From contig AP026136.1 of NCBI GenBank assembly GCA_030295235.1, positions 496,001 to 560,000 of the forward strand: a stretch of 64,000 bases of DNA. The letters are read 5' to 3'. The stretch is from Fistulifera solaris (taxonomy: Eukaryota). Below are positions 1-11,571 of this stretch, one piece after another (position 1 is the stretch's first letter; each line of letters starts with the position of its first letter). The notes under the pieces were generated by a model. That model did no database searches. It had not been told where the DNA came from and saw only the letters and a program-made list of their open reading frames with translations. Position numbers and translations under genes: made by a program.

Positions 1-411
1 GCAAAACCGAGGACATTCAAGCCGCAAAAGTCGGCACTCAAACCGAGCGTCGTTCTTCGTTTAAAATTGTTAATTACTTGCGGGTAGAAACTCACACCCC
101 ACGCCACAAAGCACGTGTATCCAATCATGGAAGAAATGATTCGATAGAACGGTGTGGGAAGAGACTCATTCTTGGGCATGAGGAAACCCAATAAACTCCC
201 ACACACAGTCACGAATAATAAACCGAAGAAAATAGTCGGTAGAGAGTCTTGATGATCGGTGACCGGAGATAGCATCATTTCTAACCAACGGCCACAACGA
301 TGTCGAAACACATTGCCTGCGTTTTTCTTCCTGCCGCTGCCGCGCTCGTCCTCCTTCTTCATCTACTAGGAGAGGCGTCGATGAAGTCGTCGGGGTCTCG
401 TGAGTTGACAT
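1..411 (-). CDS. Cystinosin-like PQ-loop lysosomal/vacuolar transporter, 5' part (runs off window start)
   Basis: Manual translation of the minus strand gives ...RIISSMIGYTCFVAWGVSFYPQVINNFKRRTTLGLSADFCGLNVLGF, matching the cystinosin first PQ-loop (W.VSFYPQ...NF.R). ATG at 411 with an N-terminal STPLL dileucine-like signal. One frameshift lies near 290-330. Confidence 0.8.
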
Positions 412-993
412 TCTTCTCGGTATGATCGCTCCTGGAATGAAAATGTTCTATAGTCGGATCTTGTCGAAAACCATTTTGTGTTGTCGCGTGCGTCATGCGT
501 TGGAGGTAGTTTTGTGTAATAGTACCGGTAAGATACACAGGGGAGCGAATGCTGACGACAGCATGGTTTGCATTTAATGGAAAGGAAAACCTGGTGGAAC
601 CATCTTGATGATGATTATACTTCTTTGATGTTTACAAGTACATTCAGATGCAGCATGTGCATCGATGAGCGAAGGCTTGTGTGCTTGTATCCGATAGACA
701 GTGGACGGAATGAATTCCATCCTGCACAGCGCAGTGGACTATAGATTAATAAGTGTCGACTGTTTCGGGCGGCGTAGTTTACCTTCCGTGTCTCCTCGTT
801 TATTGCCAAGAGCCGTCCGCCTTCAAGACAGCGAGATTTCTTTTCGTTCAATACGAAGCAAAGGATTGATTTAATCAACAACAACAAAAGAAAAAGAAAA
901 AATGGTAACCGAATCCATTAAAATCGATCACAACCGAATCCCCAAAACTCCGTCGCGTGATTTGCTTTCCAAGTCTCTCGACTATTCGAGCTT

Positions 994-3900
994 ATGGACC
1001 CAGCAACCGCGGTACGTGAACGACACGGCAAGCAGCTGTGCATCAGGAATGATTCTCACATTTCTTTCACCAGAAAACGCCCTTATGCACATCATGTCAG
1101 CGAGCTGTCCAATATATCTCATGCAGGATACCTGCTGAAACGCAGCAATCGTCCTTATCAAACTGTGAACCCGTTTCCACGCGACGACGAAGAAGTGAAC
1201 TTCAAGTACGGACGTCCTCGATTAAAACCGATTCTGTCGTCGCAAATTGAACTGTCGGCCATTGATACGATTGAAACAATACAGCCACCGCGACAGTTAC
1301 TCCTTATACCGCATGAAGTGAACACAGACCCGGATCAACATTTGCCAGACAACAAGACGAATGAGATTGAATGCAGAAACGTGTCGACAACCAATCAGCA
1401 TGATGCCTTTGACCAAACACTGCAATTCGCGGCATCCTTTTCGGTATACCGCTTAATCTTTTACCGAAGAGCCAACAAAAGGACGTGGATTATGACGATG
1501 ATGAATTGACATTTCGGTTTGGCGATCCTTCGTCCCCTCCTTCAACCCGCAGCATACCCATTCGAACGAATAATTCGGAAGCCGATACCGAACGACCGAG
1601 TTCCTTTCGTTTTTCCTTTAGTTCGTCACAGTCCGAAGAACTGAAACATTTGGAGCACCGATCCCTCTCCGATTGCAGTCACCCGGGCGATTTTGTCGAA
1701 GACGATGGTCACATTTGGCGTGCGAGATACTGCATTTTAGAGGATGGCGTTTTGTACTTTTACCGACATCAGCAAGATGCCGAGTCACCAGAAGCTCGCT
1801 TGGAGCGTCAACAAAAGAAAGGAGGGGACGAAGCATCGAAACCACTGCCTCTTGGGTACAGCCCTACTCCCACGATTCATGCAAAAGAACGGGAGGACTC
1901 GCAGGGTGCATACTTATGGGAAAAACGTGTTGCTCTCAACTGTGTTGGAGCGGTACGTTCGGCAGAGTTTGAATACGGCAAGAACTCGTTCGAGCTTGCC
2001 GCGGTGGATGACGAAGGGGAACAAAACGACACGAAACTTGTTTTGCGCGCACAGAGCAAAGAGGAAATGAACCAGTGGATGTTTCAGTTTCACTGCTCCA
2101 TTCAGACTTATATTATGGGCATTGTGGATCATGTGGCTCCTTCACTAGGCGACATTCATCACCCATCCTTATCGATACTGAAGGGGAAAGGTAGTAATGA
2201 TGCGAAGGGGACGAATCGCCCAAGCGATACTCGAGCTCTGCCTCGGTAGCACTCAGTCCGCATTCCCGATGTAGTACAGGAGTTGGAAGTCTTCCTCCAC
2301 TGTCACACGGTCATGGACGAAACTCAATGCATCGACGCCGTGCAAGGGATAATGGGAGCGATCACATCAATATTGCCTCGTCCGTTCCCAATACGCCACT
2401 TTTGGCATCGATTCTCAGTCGGCACAAACGATCACTCGATGAAAAGCCTAGTCTTTCTCAGACAAGTCGACTTGTAACTCCCAGTCCTGTGACAGCTTCC
2501 CCGCTCTCAGCAATTTTTCCCTCGGAGAGCAGCTCACCTGAGCTCTCGGCGCCACAGACTGCTTGCCCGGAGACAGAGCATCCAATACCGAGTAAAAAAT
2601 ACGTTCCGCCACATTTACGCAATCAACAAAAATCAAATAAATACGTACCGCCTCATTTACGAAATAGAGAAGAAGCTGTTCCTAGTCGCAACGAAACGAG
2701 AAGGTCACAGTCGAATGACTACGTGCCACGGCATCTTCGGAAAACGCCGGTTGATGTCGAGCACACTATCGTCAGCTTGTCTCTGGAGGACCGTGCAGCT
2801 AGTCTTTCTATCGCTGTGCCAGATGATGACGTAAAGGCAAGCCCTTTTGCTTTTGAGGCCAAAAATATTGCAAATAGTATGCAGCGTGATTTCAAATTGG
2901 GTGGATGCGCGGACCCATCTGTCATCGCCGGCTCCATTCTAGATGGCGAGTTCATACCGCGAAAGGCCTCGCGGCTTGGGAGAGTTCAAACTGCTCCCTA
3001 CGGCTGCACTTCGAAGACGAGTACATATTCTTCGCCTACAGCTCCTGGACTTCGTTGGGAAATAGGCGCAGTGTCGGAATGCGGAGTTAGAGACTCCAAC
3101 GAGGATTCATACTTGGTTGTCAGCGATGTACTTGAGGCGTTTAAGGTTCTTTCATCAACCGACGAAACGATTTGGGATGAATTTGGAGATCATATTCCGG
3201 GACTTTTTGCTATCTTTGATGGTCACTGCGGCAACCACGCAGCTCGTTATTCAGCTGAAAAGCTCATAGAACACATTCACAAAAAAGTCAATAAGGGTTT
3301 CAGCTCAAGATACCAGTCAATTGTCGGAAGTGATATGTGGCATTATCGAACAAGCAATATTTTGTCTCGACGATGACTTTTGTAACACTTGCGTACAGGA
3401 CGGAAGAGAATGGGATTCAGGTGCTACGGCGGTGATTGCTGCAGTCATTAACCAAAATTTAGTTGTGGCTAATCTAGGCGATGCCCGCGGTGTAATGAGT
3501 CGATCTGTGGATAGCAACGAAAAAGCCAAAGACCTTTACCAAGAAGGATGGAATGAAATTCCAATCCCTGACCAGTTGTGCAGTAGACGCTGTTTCTGGA
3601 AAGACGTCACCGATACTCACAGTCCAGATCGAAACGACGAGAGGATAAGAATTCAGCAAGCCAACGGGTGGGTTACGACAGAGCAAGAAATCCCCATTTC
3701 CCAGCTCAAGCGCTTGGTGCTTGACGATCAAGATGTCGTTGACATTTTGAAACGATGCTTTGCTGATCGCTTTCAGCCGTCCCCAAGAGCAGCTGCACCC
3801 CAAAGAATCATTCGAATAGCAAGAGTGTGTGGTGAATTAGCTATATCTCGCGCCATTGGAGACCGGGATTTTAAAGCCCGTTACAATAACATAGGCAAAG

Positions 3901-4329
3901 ACAATCAGGCCTGGGATGGGTCCATCTTTTGCCCTATCCGGATGATCACAACAGATCTTTTATTGGAGATTTGGTGAGCAACCAGCCTGAATTTCAGTCG
4001 TTCCGACTCGGCCAAGAAGGAATACATGATGAATTTTTGCTCTTGGCCTGCGACGGACTTTTGGGATGTAATTGACTCGGATGATGTGAGTATGGGAGTG
4101 TTAAGGGGTACCGTTATGGAAAGGACAATTCAATTCTCACTCTATATCTTTTCTTTAGGCCATCCGAGTCACTCATGATTTGTTGTTTGAGAAAAAATGG
4201 CCCGCAAAGAAAGCAGCCGCCCGTTTGGCGGAGCTCGCAATTCACCTTGGATCCTCCGATAACATCACTGTCATGGTTGTACGATTTTTCCATGGTCCGG
4301 ACCGATATTCAGACAACGATGATTCATAA
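994..4329 (+). CDS. PH-domain PP2C/PPM-family protein phosphatase
   Basis: PH-like segments (HAGYLLKRS; WRARYCILEDGVLYFY; LVLRAQSKEEMNQW). PP2C motifs RDSNED, FAIFDGHCG, SGATA, VANLGDAR, LAISRAIGD, LLACDG, SSDNIT. GT-AG intron 4086-4158, stop at 4327-4329. Several single-base frameshifts join the listed ORFs. Confidence 0.85.
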
Positions 4330-4904
4330 TGATTTTAAGTATGTTTTGAGTTATTAAGATTTGATGGATGTCTTGTTTGCAAATTTCGGTAACATTTGCC
4401 TAATAAACTTCGTCAGTGGCAATCTAGTCCATAGCAATGGCTGCGCTGACAAGATGAAAGTCGCGTTGATTGAGTTATGGTTAGACCCTCTAGGGACTGT
4501 TACTCCGTATTTACGATTGATTTGGGAAAAAGCTCACGAGGATTAAGTCTTGACCATCCGGGACTGGGACTGCAGGTCCTCATGGTTTAAACGAGAGTTT
4601 CACTGTTCGTATGAAAGACTTTATTCGACATTGTAGTATGTTTTCGTATAACTCATGGCTTACCAGTATCTCTTATCGATCAAGTCATGAAACGTGTTGT
4701 TGTTGGCTCATAGCTCAAAGCATTTCCACTGGCACCCGTACCAACACCGACTGCGATTAAATGGGAAGGACCCGGATTTCTTTCCACGCCGCCCATGATA
4801 ATTACCGCATCATAATAAGCTGCAGCGCATTTTGGTCGCTGCATTTCATTCTCTTTTGGTCGAATAGCCAGTCCTCGACACTATTAAGGCGGACATTTTG
4901 AAGA

Positions 4905-5746
4905 ATGGCGTCCAAAGCGATGGAGACCGAGAGCCCCGAGAAGCAAGCTAAGCCTCCTACTGTGTCAGAACACGCTCCGAACTTGGCTGGTTCGGTGATA
5001 ACAGCAGACGCTTTGGGTGACGAAAAAATTGGTAAGTTCGACAACGGTTGCTCGCCATTTAAGAGGTTTGAAGGGATTCTCATGTTTTTATCTCTCTGTG
5101 GATTTGAATTTCTTAGTCATTCGTATTCAAAATATTGCTTCCACCGTCAATCTAGGTGTTCGGCTGGATTTGAAGAAGATTGCACTGAAATGCCGCAACA
5201 CCGAATTCAACCCACGGCGCTTTGGTGCCGTCATTATGCGATTGCGAGAACCCCGAGCGACTGCTCTCATTTTTGCGACAGGGAAAATGGTAGTGACGGG
5301 CGTTCGATCGACCCACAATGCGGAATTAGCGAGTAAAAAAGTTTGCTTACATTATCGAGCGTGTGGGTTTCAAACCAACGGAAACATTTGAATTCAAAGT
5401 ACGCAATATCGTGGGTACGGCGGATGTTGGTTTTCCCATACGTTTGGAAGGATTAGTTTATGCGCACTCGGCGTTTGCTTCCTACGAACCGGAGCTCTTT
5501 CCAGGCCTCATTTATCGATTGGTGGCACCCGAAAAGGTGGTTTTGCTGATTTTTGTATCCGGGAAGATTGTGATTACCGGCGCAAAGAAAGAGTCCGAAA
5601 TATCTGCAGCCGTTACGAAAATATATCCTACTCTGTTGGAATTTAGAAAAGCACACGTCGCAGCTCCATTGATTCCTCCCGAACCGGCGGCCCCACCAGC
5701 AGCCCTGGCTGACGATGAAACGCTCAAACAAACGAGCACGTTATAG
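4905..5746 (+). CDS. TBP: TATA-box binding protein
   Basis: Two TBP repeats: [11 protein letters not shown]...[30 protein letters not shown] and [18 protein letters not shown]...[13 protein letters not shown]...[16 protein letters not shown]. All four intercalating Phe are present. Intron 5032-5116; one extra A in the A-run at 5335-5340. Confidence 0.97.
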
Positions 5747-6384
5747 AAAAAGAATTAAATGAAAGTATCTCCTGTGTGCTAATAGTTCAATTTCTTTAAT
5801 TGATGAAGCTACTTCACGTCAAATCCCTCCGCCCTTAAGCATTCTTTGTGCGCTTGAATTAGTTTTATGCAGTCGGGGTGCTCTTCTCCTTTTGATACAA
5901 TGCATTCATCTCGCGGTTTCTTTGTGTCGGGACAGCAGCAACAAATCGGTTTTCCAGTCTTGATGCCGAGCTTTTGTTTCGGCTTTTCCTAAAAAAAAGA
6001 GTAGAACGTAAGTCCGAGAGTTGTTTCGAACGACCTCAAAAATGGGCACGATGGAACGTCTACGTACAACCGGTACTTCGACAGCAGAAACTGATGATCC
6101 TTGTCCCATTGTTAATCTAAGAAAAGTGATTATCTTGAATGACCGTTGTAAAAGAGATGCAATCGTGTCGACAACCCTCTATGATTGCGTTTTTTATGAT
6201 GCCAATACGAACGAAACTGCCGAAAGAGAATTCACGCCAACACAGCGCGTAAATGAAGCGAAAAGCATAGGTGCCGTTAAGACATGAAGAGATTTTTTGG
6301 GAAACAACTTCTCGATCCCGGCACAATCTCATCTTAGTTCTCATCATATAAATCGATAAGCAATAAAATAAAATCTTCAGTTTA

Positions 6385-7722
6385 TCACTTCTTCTCGGAC
6401 TTATCTCGGGCAATATCCATATCTGGACGGACCTTCCTAATTTGTGCTACGATCTCTTCGACCTCGGTCCCACTAGCGTTTCCACCGATGACAAGAGAAC
6501 GTAACCGTGAAGGACCTTCAGATGATGATTCTCTTTTCAGGATTGCTTTCAACAAGGAAACAACCGAGTTGACGTCGGCACTGTTTCCAGCAAGATCTAA
6601 AATTTCCAGTTGAGGGGCCACACTGCTATCGTCAACGAGCTCCGAGATTGCTAAGAATCCTTCCGAACCCAGTTGGTTGTTGAATAAGCGCAAGGAAACT
6701 ACCCTGCTCTGCGTCAAGACAGTGCAAGCACCTTGTATTCCGCAACTTGTCTCACTCAGATCGAGAAATTGCAAAGAGTTGTCGTTGAACTTAGCAAATC
6801 CTTTGCTGACTAGCCAGCAAACTCCTTTTTCGGACAACGGGTTACTTGACAAGTCGAGCTTTTGAAGGTAACGCAATGTGCCCAACTGTTCATTTTCTTT
6901 ATTATACAGGCAAGCAATCAAGCTAGGGATACCTTCGAAACTAATGTTGTTTCGTGAAAGATCCAACGATACGATCGCTGACGATCCGAACCATGATAAC
7001 ACTTCCATTCCTTCATTTCCGATATTACTGTTGGAGATGTTCAAAGTACAAATATTCTCCATGAGTGGCTCCAGCGATCGTAACCCCTCCGGACCGAGTG
7101 GATTGTTCGAAAGTAAAAGTGTGCGTTTTACTTGAGAGGATGCGAATTTTGCAAACAAAGCGGAAGCAAATGAATGGGTGATTCCACAGTCGGAGAGATC
7201 GAGTTCCGCTATATTTTCGAATAAAGACGAGGCTGTAATTGCTGCTGCATCCTGCCCAAGGAGAAGGTTCCGAGACACGTTCAAACTCTGGAGCGTTGGT
7301 GATACTCCCAGTGTCTCGAGGACCGACTGAAAGCCCGTTGTAGTCATGTTTTTGTAGCTCAAATCGATCACTTTTAATCGGTGTTGCCGACCCAGTGCAT
7401 GACACAACGCCGAAACACCTTCATCTCCCATGGAACGATCACCAATCGCCAAAGAATCCAGGGGCGTTAAGTGATTGGCGGCAATGGACTGTCCCAATTG
7501 TTGAAGCAATGTGACGGATAAAACATGTCCCGATGCACTCAAAGACATCCAATGCGTGTTTGAATTGCTGTCCAGTACTGCACAGAGACGATGAACTTCA
7601 TCGGCACCAAACTGTTTGGTGGGCAGAATTACGAGATCTTTGAGAGTCGGATCATTCCGTTCGATGCGCTGAATGAGAGAGTCACAAGATCGGAAGGTCG
7701 ACGATACGCCCCAAGCTGACAT
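6385..7722 (-). CDS. Ribonuclease-inhibitor-like leucine-rich repeat protein
   Basis: Intact 445-aa ORF with repeated LxxLxLSxNxI/LGxxG units (LDLSDCGI, LLLSNNPLGPEG, LDLSRNNISFEG, LRLFNNQLGSEG). Confidence 0.85.
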   Translation of the reverse strand: MSAWGVSSTFRSCDSLIQRIERNDPTLKDLVILPTKQFGADEVHRLCAVLDSNSNTHWMSLSASGHVLSVTLLQQLGQSIAANHLTPLDSLAIGDRSMGDEGVSALCHALGRQHRLKVIDLSYKNMTTTGFQSVLETLGVSPTLQSLNVSRNLLLGQDAAAITASSLFENIAELDLSDCGITHSFASALFAKFASSQVKRTLLLSNNPLGPEGLRSLEPLMENICTLNISNSNIGNEGMEVLSWFGSSAIVSLDLSRNNISFEGIPSLIACLYNKENEQLGTLRYLQKLDLSSNPLSEKGVCWLVSKGFAKFNDNSLQFLDLSETSCGIQGACTVLTQSRVVSLRLFNNQLGSEGFLAISELVDDSSVAPQLEILDLAGNSADVNSVVSLLKAILKRESSSEGPSRLRSLVIGGNASGTEVEEIVAQIRKVRPDMDIARDKSEKK

Positions 7723-8027
7723 TCTGAAAGATTTCGACTTTGATTTGAACGAATGATGATATATTGTGTTTATTCCTTTGTTATTTAGCCTATTCGCGTC
7801 CGCCTTCCACCACTTCTTTTCTTTTCCGGGAAAATTTCTTTTATTGGATACGATGAGACGAAATTGATGGGCGGCCAGTCGCGCGCTTTCGCGCGACTTT
7901 CATGGCTGTATCTTTGTCTTTTTTCCTTTTTCATCAGCCACAACTTCAAAGAAAAAAACGTTTGACAGCGAACACTTTGCTTCATATCATCAATTTACAA
8001 CCCGCCCACACTTTTTTCAAAGGCAAT

Positions 8028-8821
8028 ATGAATAACAGGCTGAGCGTGTTCTTGAGTTTACTTGTACTAGGGCTTCTTCTCGACAGTTCCGTCAGCTTTA
8101 TGCCCCGGATAGATCTTCGACGGTCGGTGACGTATTTACCAAGCAAGAACGATGCCATCCTCGAATGCAAAACATTTGATACACAGGATCTGCTGAAACA
8201 AAATCTCTTACGATTGGCTGCTTCATATGACCGAGGCTTTGGGGCGAGCAATAAAGCTAGAGAAGAAGCCAACCAAATCATTCAAGACTTGGAACGCTGC
8301 AATACGGAACAACAAGCATCACGTGGAATGGATGGGACGGGCCGTTCGCCACTGAGAGGCACTTGGCGAATGATTTGGACGACCGCATCAGATGTTTTAG
8401 TTCTGGCGGCGTCGCCGGTGGCGGCTTTGGGTGCCATCTATCAGATCTTTGAACCGCCTCTGGTCACCAATGTGATCGACTTTTCACCTCGCGTTCAAGC
8501 GTTATTTCCTCCGAATATCGTGCCTAGCACCGTGTTACGAGCCAATGTACAAACCAGAGCGGCGATTCGACCCGAAAATTCTAATCGAGTGGGACTTGTG
8601 TTTGAAAAAGTGAACTTGCAACCGCTGCAGCTGTTTGGGCAATCCATCGATGTGTTTCCTCCACTGGGCCTCGATTTACCCAAACTTCCTGGTACTACTG
8701 AGGCTTCGAGTGGACCGGGATATTTTGACGTGACCTACTTGGATACTGACTTGCTGATAATACGACAAAACGCACCAGGTGGTCTTTTGCACTTATCAAG
8801 GTAGATTCCACCGATGTCTAA
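8028..8821 (+). CDS. Plastid lipid-associated protein (PAP/fibrillin), plastid-targeted
   Basis: Signal peptide then VS-FMP (ASAFAP-like cleavage site). Fibrillin motifs LKQNLL..AASYDRG, LRGTWRMIWTT, GYFDVTYLDTDLLIIRQN..GGLF. Frameshift near 8788 restores ...GGLFALIKVDSTDV*. Confidence 0.85.
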
Positions 8822-8903
8822 GGTGTCGGCCTCTGACGCTCTACTGTAGTTAAAAGAATAAAAATGCTATTAGGAGTTGCTACATACTAATTACGAATCA
8901 TGG

Positions 8904-9466
8904 TCAAGAATCGTCTCTGGGATCTAAAATGAGTGCAGCAGCCACTTGTCGATCTTCGCCATTCAAAATATTGAATGTGCCCATCGCGTTCGTTAAGGAT
9001 ACCTTCTCCACAAACGTGTTTTGAGCCCGAAATCTCTTACGAATTCGTTCCATTTCTGCCGGTTGTATTTCTCCTTGATCTGTGCCGATAAATAGGTACT
9101 CCAACCGTGGCTGATGAAGCAAAGCCGGCGATAAGGATTCGAGCGTGATGTCCTCGGCGCGCGAAATATTCCAGAAGAAGCACCCGAACGGAAATGCCAT
9201 AATTGATCCGTTCATGTGCAAGGTTCCCGATTCAACAGAATCATTTGGGTCGACTTTTTGATCACATTCAGTACATCAAATCCAGTCGGCGCGTGGCCTT
9301 CGAGCACAATTTTCGGTTTACTGCCGTGCGTCAAACTGTCGTGTAGTAAATCATGACCCCGTGCCGTCCAGTCCGAGAAGGATTTTGGCCCACGCACTGC
9401 TTTTACACACAATCTAGATATATCGCGGCCAACAATGCCTTGGGACGTGCAGCGAGGGATTAACAT
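8904..9466 (-). CDS. Mth938-domain protein, NDUFAF3-like complex I assembly factor
   Basis: Arg-rich mitochondrial-type N-terminus; motifs GSIMAFP, ITLESL, PRLEYLFIGT, NAMGTFNILNGEDRQVAAAL. One frameshift near 9255-9260. Confidence 0.8.
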
Positions 9467-9971
9467 CCTTGCTTTTCCTTTCAATGCAAAAGTCGTAGAA
9501 TCATCGTCGCTGCATTTCCTATCATTAGGGTTAAAATACATTATTGAGTTACGGTGCGATCAAGGTGCAAGTTCTGAGGGTATCACCTTGCACCTTTTTA
9601 TGGATGGTGAAATGTGAAATTCGCCGACGTGTCGTTTTACCTGGTACCGGTACTCTACCAGGTACGGAATAATGTTTATTGAATCCGATTTCAGAGAGTG
9701 AGAGTAGAAAGTAGAGAACTCCATCCTTTCGTTCCAACGGGATGCGATGAAACAAGCGTTCCGAGATCCGATGTATCTTTACCTTTACCTTTTCCTCGCT
9801 ACATGGTACTCGCCTTTCGGCACATCTTCCTAAGACTCGACGCACGTAATCGGTCATAATCCCACAGACGCAATACGAACCCAAGTTCAGATCGTCTAAT
9901 CGTGGGCATTAATTCTGTTTCTACCGCCTATTTGGATCAAAAGTTGCCGCCTTTCTCACTCATTTCAAACC

Positions 9972-10878
9972 ATGTCCGAGGAAAAACCCGAACCGCAAAT
10001 CTTCGCGATCATGCGCAACGGCCATGAGGTCATTCGAGGAGGTATGCTTGATATGAAGGAAGCCATCGACAACGATGACATTCAAACTGCAAAGGAGGTT
10101 TGGCAGAAGCTGCACAAGTGGACCGAAATTCATAAACGCATGGAAGAAGGAAAAGAACCGGAAACGGAAGGCTGTGGATGCTTTCAGTGAGTATTTCCTT
10201 TTCGCTCTGGATCCTCTAATTGATTCCAAAACTCAGTTTTCATCTTTTTTTTGTCGCTCAGGTCTTTGTTCGGAGGGTCAAAAACAAAGAAGCCTTCGCC
10301 ATGTGGATTCTTCCAGTAAGTGTTCAATCTTTCGCTGCGTGTGACAGTGACCGCGTGATGTTCAACGTCACTTATGCACTTTCCTCGACTTATTTTTAAA
10401 ACAATACAGAGTTTTAGACGAAAAGAGAGATGGAGTGGTGACGAAGAATGGGTTGCACGTACTTCATGCTGAATTAGATAAGGTCGAGAAGGCCGTAGAC
10501 GTAGCTTGTAAGAAATCAGATTTGAGGGCGCTGAAAGAAGCGTTCCCAAAGTTCCAAGAGATGAATGAAAGTCATTTGAAAAAGGAAGAAGATATTATGA
10601 TGCCAAATGTAATGGAGATGAAGAAAGCTGGTGAACCGATGAAGAAGATCATGACTCATGACATTCTTCCCCTCGTTTCGGAAACGTCGGACTACGAGTT
10701 TTTCGTCAAGTATGCCAATCAAGTGTTGGAAAAGCACCATGGAGGAATGCCGCGCGCTCGGGTTTTCGACCATGCACTCTGGGCTGCATCCACACCGGAG
10801 GAATGGAAGAAAGTGGATGGGTGGATTAAAAACACGTTACATGAGTCAACTTATAAGCAGCTTCAAGCCGTGCTGTAA
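9972..10878 (+). CDS. Hemerythrin-like (HHE cation-binding) domain protein
   Basis: Exons 9972-10186, 10262-10315 and 10410-10878 with GT-AG introns splice in frame. Helical protein with MRNGHEVIR, EIHKRMEE, VLHAEL and SHLKKEEDIMMP, i.e. the H...HxxxE...H...HxxxE pattern. Confidence 0.75.
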
Positions 10879-10990
10879 TCATCGATGTAGCACCGATCTC
10901 GTCAGACATTGAACGTTACCAAGAATATCGTGAGTCCGTAGCGATAAAAGCTAAAAATAAAATAGGCCTCTCGTCGTCTAGTCTCAATGC

Positions 10991-11032
10991 GGGGAGTCTT
11001 TGAACATGCCAGGGGAGTCTTTGAACATGCCA
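10991..11032. repeat. Perfect 2 x 21-bp tandem repeat
   Basis: GGGGAGTCTTTGAACATGCCA twice, at 10991-11011 and 11012-11032. Confidence 0.9.
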
Positions 11033-11571
11033 AATAGGTACAGTATTGGGTAGCGGTACCAGGTATTGGGTACCCTACCAGGGTATCCACCAGACATTTC
11101 GTGCAAGAACGCGACTACAGTGCCTGGTACCCGGTACCGGTACGATAAGTGGATAGCAGTTCACACGGGACCTCTGTCCTCATCTCGGACAGACAAAAAG
11201 TTAACACTTGCGTGTGTGATTTGATTATGAATGTTGATGGAAATTAAGCCAATCAAAATCAATACTTCTAACTTCGAAAAGAACCAGTCATGCTTCAAGG
11301 CTGAATCCCCGTCATTCACACATTTTGTCCAAGACACGTTGTGCGGCAACTTCGACGGCGACTACCATCCAATTGTGTACATAATGAGTTCGAGGGCGGG
11401 GAGTCGTCTAGCGTCTAGCGTCGAGTCATCTCTCGTCAATTGATCGTGTCGCTTATCCTCGTAGTTCATTGTGCTTCTCGCAGGTCAAAAGAATTTCGGC
11501 ATAGTCATTCCTACAGTTCCTATCAAAGTAACATGGTTCGGGGAGCCAGCCAGGCCATATGGGAATAATGG

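Noticed and set aside
4905..5746. TBP as a divergent TBP-like factor
   Set aside because: All four DNA-intercalating Phe and both Asn motifs are conserved; it is an ordinary TBP.
10991..11032. Direct repeats as a CRISPR array
   Set aside because: Only two adjacent copies, no spacer, no cas genes, and a eukaryotic context.
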